A DNA stretch of 32,000 nucleotides, taken from assembly GCA_016699935.1 (NCBI GenBank), contig CP064992.1, positions 1,170,001-1,202,000 of the forward strand, given 5' to 3'. The notes beneath the pieces are model-generated. The model was not told the origin of the DNA. It was given only the letters and a program-made list of their open reading frames with translations, and made no database searches. The DNA is from Candidatus Saccharimonadota bacterium (lineage in GTDB: Bacteria; Patescibacteriota; Saccharimonadia; Saccharimonadales; UBA4665). Shown piece by piece: positions 9,173 through 18,088 of this stretch (position 1 is the stretch's first letter; each line of letters opens with the position of its first letter). The position numbers were made by a program, and so were the translations under genes.

Positions 9173-9456
9173 CGGCCGCAGGCCGCCAGTAATCATCGCG
9201 CCAGCGATGTAACTAATGATGGCCATGCGTAACCTCATGGCTCAGGTGTTGTCGGCTTTGACAACTTCCGACAGGTGGCGCGACTTGTCCGAGAGAGGCC
9301 TGGATTGCCTGTGGCAATCCAGGCTGAACGAGTTGTCGCGTCAGTTGTCAAAACGAACAACTATCTGACCAAGAGGTGGAGCTACTGGCCGAGGTTTCTC
9401 GCTTCCTCTTTTCCGGTAAAAAAGGAAGTCGCCCTGCTGGGGCGAAACTGGCATTT
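9169..9456. repeat. Modular structured intergenic element, copy B
   Basis: Same block order as copy A. It has the hairpins gcggcc-gca-ggccgc and catcgc-gcca-gcgatg, a variable hairpin gcctggattgcc-tgt-ggcaatccaggc, and the A/T stem cttcctctttt-ccggt-aaaaaaggaag. It ends 8 nt from the nusA stop codon. Confidence 0.7.
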
Positions 9457-9461
9457 ACCCT

Positions 9462-10615
9462 TTATTCCCCGTGTTCTTCAATAGCGTCGAGTAGTGAGCT
9501 TTCGAGTTGCTCTTTCTTCTTTAGGCGCGGCTGCTTAGGCAATTCTTTTACTTGTGGCTCGCCTTCAACGTCTGGCGCATTTTCAGCCTCAATATCGAGT
9601 TCATAGCCAACAAGTTTGCTCGCAAGCCGCACGTTCTGACCACCACGACCGATGGCAATACTCAGTTGATCTTCCGGCACAAACACTTTGGCGCGCTTGG
9701 CAGATTCGTCTATGACGACGCGATTGACCTTGGTTGGGCTCAGTGCATTCATAATGTACTGGGCAGCCTCATCAGCGTAGACTATGATATCTATCTTTTC
9801 TTGTTCACCCACTTCACCGACCACCGCATTGACGCGCGTACCGTGTCCGCCCACAAAGGTTCCGACGGGATCGACACCAGGCACCGTACTAGCGACGGCG
9901 ATTTTGCTGCGGACACCAGCCTCACGAGCAATGTTCTTAATCTCGACTGCGCCAGCATCCATTTCTGGCACCTCAGCGCGGAAAAGCCACTCAATGAACT
10001 GAGTATTGCCTCGTGAAACTACCAGCTGCGGGCCGCGAGGGCCGCGCTCGACGTCTTTCAGGAACACCTTGAGCCGTTGGCTTGGGTAGTAGCGCTCACC
10101 CTGGATCTGTTCGCTTTTGGCATAATTCCTTGCGCTTTACCCAACTCCAATCGGACAATCATACCCTCGACACGAGTCACCATAGCATTAATTACGGTAC
10201 CGATTTTGTCTTCGTACTCAGCCAGGACTATCTCTCGTTCAGCTTCACGCAGCCGCTGCAATATAACCTGTTTGGCGGTTTGGGCAGCCACGCGGCCAAA
10301 GGTGGTTACCTTTTCATGCAGCTCGACAAAGTCACCTATGGCAGCCTCTTTTTTGAGCTTCTTGGCGTCTACCAGACTTATTTCGAAATCTTCGTCACCT
10401 ACTTTCTCCACAACTTCTTTGCTGACATACGCATCTACCTCACCGCTGTGCAAGTTCATACTCACGCGTACTTCTTGCTCGCGTTCACCATAATCACGGC
10501 GATAAGCTGCGGCAAGAGCTTGCTCCACCACTTCTTTCACTGTATCTTCAGGCAGATTCTTTTCCTCAGCTATTGCCTGTATGGCTACTGCTAGTTGTTT
10601 AAAATCCATATCCAT
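9462..10615 (-). CDS. nusA: Transcription termination/antitermination factor NusA, with 1 apparent frameshift
   Basis: Fragments 10058..10639 and 9462..10067 cover the N-terminal, S1 and KH domains. The junction is at the T4 run 10115-10118 and restores GIMPKSEQIQGERYYPSQRLKVFLKDV. The likely start is ATG 10615 (MDMDFKQL), preceded by GGAGcgaagcgactc. Confidence 0.9.
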
Positions 10616-10629
10616 GAGTCGCTTCGCTC

Positions 10630-10664
10630 CAATTCTCAATTAGCAATTTTCAATGACCAATTGT
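10630..10664. repeat. Period-7 array (CAATnnn x5) in the nusA promoter region
   Basis: CAATTCT CAATTAG CAATTTT CAATGAC CAATTGT on the plus strand, with CAAT in exact phase in 5 consecutive units. Confidence 0.7.
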
Positions 10665-10688
10665 AATTAATTTCTATAGTACCTTACG

Positions 10689-10713
10689 AAAAAAGCCGAC
10701 CTGCCGGCCGACC
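10689..10713 (-). terminator. Intrinsic terminator after the 233-aa orphan gene
   Basis: The minus-strand RNA forms gucggcc-ggca-ggucggc (7 bp including two G-U pairs) followed by UUUUUU. The pairing works only on the minus strand. Confidence 0.6.
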
Positions 10714-10750
10714 ATTACACATTTTATTGTAGCAATTTGTACAAAGAGAG

Positions 10751-11446
10751 TCAAATGAGAAAACTGATTCCTCCAGTCGGCTTATATGTAAGTACCGGTA
10801 GAAATCTAGTTTGGTTTTCAAACTCTGCCGCAGAAACTTCATGTGCGGGTGTTTCCCTGTTCACATCCCGAATATAGCGTTTCCACAATGCTACATTACT
10901 CATCATAAAAACCAAGGCATACGATAGTGGGTTGTCTAGAAATGCTGGCCACATATCTTGATGTAACGCGGAACGTATCATTTTCTCATCAGGGTTCAGT
11001 TGATATTTTGGAACCCCAGGTTGGCGTCTACTTATCATAACTTCCTGAATAGTATGCTCATTTTTGTCGCCAAGGGCCGTATGCACAAATCTACCAAGAG
11101 CAAGTCGGATAGTTCTGTCTACTATACGTACCGCCTCTTGGATTCCCATAGTTGAATCTGGCAGCCCAAGCGCTGCGATATTTCCTGCATACACTGCAAT
11201 ATGTCTCTCGCGAGGATCGTACGTTGCACCCGTAGTAATGCCTCGAAGATTTTGTTGGTTTTCATGCAGCTCTCTAATTACACCATCAGTCATCCCGCGT
11301 ATGCTCACCGTGAGTTCGTCTATTGCATCAGCGGGAACATTAGCTTCTCTAAGTAATCTCCATGCTATGGGGCCCGCAATGTGACAATCAGGCAAATTGA
11401 GCATACCCCAAGTATCTGTTCTAAAATGTGGGCCCCCCGGACGCAT
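10751..11446 (-). CDS. Hypothetical protein (orphan, no family recognised)
   Basis: Intact ORF 10751..11452. I prefer ATG 11446 over the upstream TTG. No motif is recognisable. By eye the segment is more AT-rich than the flanking nusA and pepN. Confidence 0.6.
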   Translation of the reverse strand: MRPGGPHFRTDTWGMLNLPDCHIAGPIAWRLLREANVPADAIDELTVSIRGMTDGVIRELHENQQNLRGITTGATYDPRERHIAVYAGNIAALGLPDSTMGIQEAVRIVDRTIRLALGRFVHTALGDKNEHTIQEVMISRRQPGVPKYQLNPDEKMIRSALHQDMWPAFLDNPLSYALVFMMSNVALWKRYIRDVNRETPAHEVSAAEFENQTRFLPVLTYKPTGGISFLI

Positions 11447-11540
11447 TAACAATATCTAGTGGCGAACCGCCCATAATTATCATGATACTTACTGTACAAC
11501 ATATTGTGTCTCAAACAACTAATATTTCGTTGTTTACTTA

Positions 11541-11555
11541 TGCTAGACTGTAGCC
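11541..11555 (+). promoter_or_regulatory. Extended -10 (TGcTAGACT) 6 nt upstream of the pepN ATG; leaderless-type
   Basis: ttaTGcTAGACTgtagccATG on the plus strand. Confidence 0.45.
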
Positions 11556-14172
<2,617 letters not shown>

Positions 14173-14180
<8 letters not shown>

Positions 14181-14538
14181 TAATGTTTTCGAGAACTTGC
14201 GTAATATGGTAGTCGCTTCCGCTCAACTCTATGCCGCCTATAATGTAATCGTCGGAACATTTTTTCACTAAAACGTACAGTTGTGCTGCAAACTGCATCT
14301 GTTGGATTTTTTTTGGGGTAATGTAGTCGAGGCCACGACCTTGGTGGTCGGTTTTACGGTGCTTAACCTCAAAAAACACCAGCGGACCTGGGCGATGAAA
14401 GCGCGGACGTTTTTGAGCGATTATATCTATCTCTGCCCTCGCATGCCGCCAGTTCAACTCGATTATGGTATAACCTTTTGTCTGCAAGTATTCAGCAGCT
14501 ACTTTTTCGGCCTGGTGCCCCGTTGCATAATTCGTCAC
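14173..14538 (-). CDS. yraN: YraN-family (UPF0102) endonuclease-like protein
   Basis: Intact 121 aa. GHQAEKVAAEYLQTKGYTIIELNWRHARAEIDIIA...FFEVKHR matches the family pattern. The start overlaps the upstream stop (ATGA). Confidence 0.8.
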
Positions 14539-14843
14539 TTGCTGTCCTCTTGTGTCATCTTGAGCGAAGTCGAAAGATCTTCCCTGCTTGGATTGAGTGT
14601 GTCAATTAACTCCTCCTTCTTTCTTCTCGACCACCCTTTAAGCTGTTTTTCTCGTTCAATCGCTACCAGCGCATTTGCAACCTCTTCATAGTAAACGAGG
14701 CATACGCAATTATATTTTTTCGTAAAGCCATCTAATTGTTTGGCCTGATGCTCCCAGATTCGGCGGACTAGATTGTTAGTTACTCCTATGTAAAGCGTCG
14801 TTCGAGATGGATTTGTCATGATGTATACGTAGTATGACCTCAT
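14535..14843 (-). CDS. GIY-YIG nuclease superfamily protein (UPF0213-like)
   Basis: Intact 102 aa: YYVYIMTNPSRTTLYIGVTNNLVRRIWEH...REKQLKGWSRRKK. The last ~15 codons are encoded by a copy of the GAATGACA-type hairpin repeat (14552-14579, minus orientation). Confidence 0.8.
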   Translation of the reverse strand: MRSYYVYIMTNPSRTTLYIGVTNNLVRRIWEHQAKQLDGFTKKYNCVCLVYYEEVANALVAIEREKQLKGWSRRKKEELIDTLNPSREDLSTSLKMTQEDSK

Positions 14844-14860
14844 ATAATCCCATCATAGCA
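14844..14860 (-). promoter_or_regulatory. Extended -10 (TGcTATGAT) 8 nt upstream of the GIY-YIG ATG; leaderless-type
   Basis: The minus strand reads ctTGcTATGATgggattatATG. Confidence 0.45.
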
Positions 14861-14866
14861 GATAGG

Positions 14867-15125
14867 GAGATTCTTCGCTTCGCTCAGACACGAGTTTCGC
14901 ACCAGCCAGCCTGCCGTCCAGCGAAGCTGGCCGCACCGCTGGCTTCTTTGGCTACTGTACATTTTTCCTCTCCAATACTCACTTCACCGTACTGCAGTAC
15001 GGCTCGTTCCGTTCTTCGAGGAGAAAATGCACATTAGCTCAAAGTGCGAAATTCGTGTCAAAATGACAAAGTAGGAGCATCAGACTACATCAGAGGGGCT
15101 TACGATGATTCTTCTCTTCGCTCAC
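14867..15125. repeat. Cluster of short hairpin repeats and palindromes between the GIY-YIG gene and rnhB
   Basis: Contents are gagattcttcgcttcgctcagaca (14867-14890), a gccagc...gctggc hairpin, the perfect 16-nt palindrome ccgtactgcagtacgg nested in an attttcctc/gaggagaaaat stem, and gattcttctcttcgctcacc. ORFs 14834..15037 and 15044..15259 are translations of these repeats. Confidence 0.6.
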
Positions 15126-15244
15126 CTGAGTCTCAAAACCCCCAGGTTGTTATCCCAGCGAACGCTGGGATTCGGATAAATGGACTGGATTCCCGCCTTC
15201 GCGGGAATGACATAAGTACTAGTAGGGCCAGTTTTGAGACTCAA
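15126..15244 (+). repeat. Composite ~119-nt element with 14-nt terminal inverted repeats, copy 1
   Basis: The termini are ctgagtctcaaaac (15126-15139) and gttttgagactcaa (15231-15244). The internal hairpins are atcccagcg-aa-cgctgggat and attcccgc-cttc-gcgggaat followed by gaca. The right end overlaps the rnhB stop codon. Confidence 0.65.
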
Positions 15245-15866
15245 GTTCGCTCAGATTGACAAAACTGCTGGACCGGTTTGAAGGATTTCCGATGGATGTC
15301 TGTGACGCCATGTTTCTCGAGCGCGGCAGCGTGAGCAGCTGTGCCATAGCCAACATGTTTTTCGAAACCATAGCCTGGATATTTTGCTGCCATTTCTGCC
15401 ATATAGTCATCACGAGCGACTTTGGCAATAATACTTGCCGCACTCACCGCCGGCACCAAATCGTCTGCATGCACCAACGTCCGCACATTGTGAGAGAATA
15501 ATCCTTTCACATTTTTGAAAAAGTTGAAGTTGCCGTCGATGATGATTTCTTCGTAGTCGGTGCTCGTTTCGTGGAGTTTTTCATTGCCCGTATCATGGCG
15601 ATTTGTACGGCTTTTGTAAGCCCCAGCTGGTCTATTTCGGCTGGTGTGGCCCAGCCAATACCGTAGGCTATAGCTTGGGATTTGATTTGCTCGGCGAGAA
15701 ATTCCCGCTGTTTCTTGCTGAGTCGCTTGCTATCACGCAACACCGTCGCCCCACCTTTGGGAGGACAGTCCTCCCAAAGTGAATTTGTAGGTAGGATTAC
15801 GGCAGCTGCGGCGAGCGGACCCGCCCAGCAGCCCCGCCCTACTTCGTCGATCCCGACCGTAACCAC
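15241..15866 (-). CDS. rnhB: Ribonuclease HII, with 1 apparent frameshift
   Basis: Fragments 15507..15866 ([14 protein letters not shown]) and 15241..15510 ([21 protein letters not shown]...GYG). The junction is near 15507-15510. Confidence 0.88.
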
Positions 15867-16301
15867 TGTAACCCTTTATACATCAGGTAAAACGCTAGCG
15901 CACCAGTTGTATTCGCCACAAGATCCCATGAGGTATCACTTATACCATAAGGCATATACCCCACCCAAAATAGAACAACTTCAAAAAGTTCATTTGCCAC
16001 CCCTAGAGTACAGACCGTCGCAAAGAGACTACTAACTTCTTGAAGCATACTTAATTTCAAATGCTTAATCTGGATAATATATAGCCACAACAAACCAGAA
16101 AACACCCCGCCACCAATTAAATGAGTCATATATTGTGTTTGGTTGCCGTGAACTAGTGGGAGGGGATAAAATATGAAACAAAAAAAAAATAAAACAACCA
16201 GCAATAAGGATTGGCCGCTGCCGTGGATGATAACCCATTTTCAGACGCAAAAGAAGATAGACCAAAATTGGGACAATTATAGATATAGAGTATGACAACA
16301 T
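15839..16301 (-). CDS. VanZ-like membrane protein, with 1 apparent frameshift at a 10-nt homopolymer
   Basis: Fragments 16065..16340 and 15839..16204 overlap across the A10 run 16180-16189. The hydrophobic protein contains NELFEV...SDTSWDLVANTTGA, resembling the VanZ DE..Q/D...N..G pattern. I prefer ATG 16301 as the start. Confidence 0.6.
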
Positions 16302-16316
16302 GTATCGTATTATACA
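16302..16316 (-). promoter_or_regulatory. Consensus -10 (TG-TATAAT) 7 nt upstream of the VanZ-like ATG; leaderless-type
   Basis: The minus strand reads aaTGTATAATacgatacATG. Confidence 0.5.
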
Positions 16317-16413
16317 TTCATACCCCAGCACTAGGCCCACCTAGGGACTTCGTGCCTCGGCTGAAGGCCTACCTCACTGAAGATTAGATATATACAATTT
16401 TATGTTTTTGTTT

Positions 16414-16426
16414 TATAGTATATTCG
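16414..16426 (+). promoter_or_regulatory. -10 box TATAGT 7 nt upstream of the lipoprotein ATG; leaderless-type
   Basis: ttttTATAGTatattcgATG on the plus strand. Confidence 0.4.
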
Positions 16427-16810
16427 ATGGTAGAACATCTCAAACATGTAGCACCCATGCTGCTTTGTTTTGCCCTTGGTAGTTGTGCTACTGGCGGTAC
16501 TCATTCAGAAATACCGCAAAAGGAGACTTTATATACGAGCCGAGTAAAATGCCTAGGTTTACTTTTTGAAGTTACCTATGCTTCGTTCATATTTTCTGGC
16601 CAAACAGTCGTATCAGCAAAGATAAGTAATCCAGACGAATTGCCAGACCTTGCACTTGGAATTCAAGACACTACAGGTGAGACCATAAGGTTAATGGACG
16701 CGGACGAAAAGAAGTCGTTTAATAGCGATAAATTGCCACCCAATGGATGGGTTATTATTTCACAAGACGGAACTGTCAAAGCTACATGCCCTACGGCAAC
16801 TCTACGCTAA
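16427..16810 (+). CDS. Putative small lipoprotein or secreted protein
   Basis: Intact 127 aa. The signal-peptide-like N-terminus MVEHLKHVAPMLLCFALGSCATGG has a lipobox-like LGSC. No family is recognised. Confidence 0.55.
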   Translation: MVEHLKHVAPMLLCFALGSCATGGTHSEIPQKETLYTSRVKCLGLLFEVTYASFIFSGQTVVSAKISNPDELPDLALGIQDTTGETIRLMDADEKKSFNSDKLPPNGWVIISQDGTVKATCPTATLR

Positions 16811-16838
16811 GAAATGCATTACATAAATGGAAAATATA

Positions 16839-17360
16839 CTAGGCTTCGGTGGCTTTGTGAGCTTCTTCTACTGCCTTTTGCTTGGCAGCTAGTTCGGCTT
16901 CTTCGGCGGCTTTTTCGGCAGCTTTAGCTTCGGCTTCGCGGGCAGCTGCTTCTTTCGCTTCATGTTCAGCTTTTTCAGCCTCGATATCACGAACATCATT
17001 TACAGCCTGACGGTCGAAATCGACACCGGTGAGACGAGCTGATTTGCCGGTCAGTTTACGCATGTAGCTGATGTTATTACGGCGAACTTTGCTACGCTTG
17101 GTCACTTCTACCTTGAGCACGAGCGGGCTATGAAGTAAAAAGCTCTTCTCTACACCTACGCCACTGGCAATCCGACGTACCGTAATGCGGCTCGTGTGAC
17201 TATCGCGGCGATCACAGCGGATAACCAGACCCTGGAAAATCTGCACACGCTCTTTGCTGCCTTCACGAATTTTTTGGTGGACTTTGACAGTATCGCCCGA
17301 GCGCACGTCTACCACTGCGCCCTTCTTGAAGGTGGCTTCAAGTTCTTTGATGTATTCCAT
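16839..17360 (-). CDS. rplS: 50S ribosomal protein L19 with a ~55-aa Ala/Glu/Lys-rich C-terminal extension
   Basis: Intact 173 aa. The core is FKKGAVVDVRSGDTVKVHQKIREGSKERVQIFQGLVIRCDRRDSHTSRITVRRIASGVGVEKSFLLHSPLVLKVEV. The tail is EAEKAEHEAKEAAAREAEAKAAEKAAEEAELAAKQKAVEEAHKATEA. Confidence 0.92.
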   Translation of the reverse strand: MEYIKELEATFKKGAVVDVRSGDTVKVHQKIREGSKERVQIFQGLVIRCDRRDSHTSRITVRRIASGVGVEKSFLLHSPLVLKVEVTKRSKVRRNNISYMRKLTGKSARLTGVDFDRQAVNDVRDIEAEKAEHEAKEAAAREAEAKAAEKAAEEAELAAKQKAVEEAHKATEA

Positions 17361-17398
17361 ATCCGTAGGATTGTACCCTATATCACCCCTGAAAGCAA
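17361..17398 (-). promoter_or_regulatory. Sigma70-type promoter of rplS (TTGCTT-17-TACAAT), with the -10 box 9 nt from the ATG
   Basis: The minus strand reads TTGCTTtcaggggtgatatagggTACAATcctacggatATG, with no SD. Confidence 0.5.
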
Positions 17399-17429
17399 GC
17401 AGCTAGTGTGTTTTTATTCCCAGAGGCGT

Positions 17430-17478
17430 GAGTCAAGAGACAAGATAGAGATAAGAGTTAAGAGATTTGAGATAAGAG
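17430..17478. repeat. Period-7 purine-rich array abutting element copy C
   Basis: GAGTCAA GAGACAA GATAGAG ATAAGAG TTAAGAG ATTTGAG ATAAGAG on the plus strand. Confidence 0.65.
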
Positions 17479-17823
17479 TGCGGCCTTGAGGCCGCTAAAT
17501 GATCATCGCGTAGCGATGTAACTAGTGGTGGCCATGTGTAACCTCCTGGCTCAGATGTTGTTAGGCTCTACAACTTCCAACAGGCGACACGAGTTGTTTG
17601 ATGCTAGTCAAGCCCTTGTGGCTTGACCAAGTAGCGATGTGTTATTCAAACACATCGCGTTCGGAAAGCTAGTATTGCTTCTGGCAATACCTTTTTGACG
17701 AGTTCTCGTGTCGGTTGTAGAACTGAAAAAAGCTGACCAAGTGGTGGAGCCTTTAGTCGAGGTTTTTGCTTCTTTTTGTCCGGTACAAAAAGAAGTCGGC
17801 TGGCAGTCCGAGAACTTCCGAGG
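17477..17823. repeat. Modular structured intergenic element, copy C (longest; two extra internal hairpins)
   Basis: Same conserved blocks as copies A and B. It has the hairpins gcggcc-ttga-ggccgc and catcgc-gta-gcgatg. The extra hairpins are gtcaagcc-cttgt-ggcttgac and gcgatgtgtt-attc-aaacacatcgc. The shared variable hairpin is gtattgc-ttctg-gcaatac. The A/T stem cttctttttgt-ccggt-acaaaaagaag is identical to copy A. Confidence 0.7.
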
Positions 17824-17883
17824 GAATAAGGTTGGGCGAGATTGTCAGGTGTAGTGAGTACGCAGACGTTGGAGCAAGCGCAT

Positions 17884-17945
17884 GGATTCCCGCATGCGCG
17901 GGAATGACAAGCAAGTGAAGATTCTTCACTTCGTTCAGAATGACA
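17884..17945 (+). repeat. Two GAATGACA-type hairpin repeats
   Basis: ggattcccgc-atgc-gcgggaatgaca (17884-17909) and gattct-tcacttcgttc-agaatgaca (17920-17945). Confidence 0.65.
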
Positions 17946-17958
17946 GGGTTAAAGTAAC

Positions 17959-18076
17959 CTGAGTCTCAAAACCCCAGGATGTCATCTCAGTGAAGGCGGA
18001 GTTCAAAATTCATGAACTGGATTCCCGCCTTCGCGGGAATGACAAAAGTACTAGTGGAGACAGTTTTGAGACTCAG
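17959..18076 (+). repeat. Composite ~118-nt element with 14-nt terminal inverted repeats, copy 2
   Basis: The termini are ctgagtctcaaaac (17959-17972) and gttttgagactcag (18063-18076), a perfect inverted pair. The right ~65 nt are near-identical to copy 1, including attcccgccttcgcgggaatgaca. The central ~35 nt differ. It ends 12 nt from the pilB stop. Confidence 0.65.
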
Positions 18077-18088
18077 GGTAAGGTAGGT

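Noticed and set aside
14834-15259. ORFs 14834..15037 and 15044..15259 between the GIY-YIG gene and rnhB.
   Set aside because: They are translations of hairpin repeats and palindromes (for example ...NGLDSRLRGND...). They have no start context and no recognisable domains.
15126-18076. Possible CRISPR array, because gttttgagactc and its complement ctgagtctcaaaac resemble CRISPR repeat termini.
   Set aside because: There are only two inverted pairs, each bracketing about 90 nt of related (not unique) sequence and lying 2.8 kb apart. There is no regular repeat-spacer periodicity and there are no cas genes. This fits inverted termini of a small repeat element instead.
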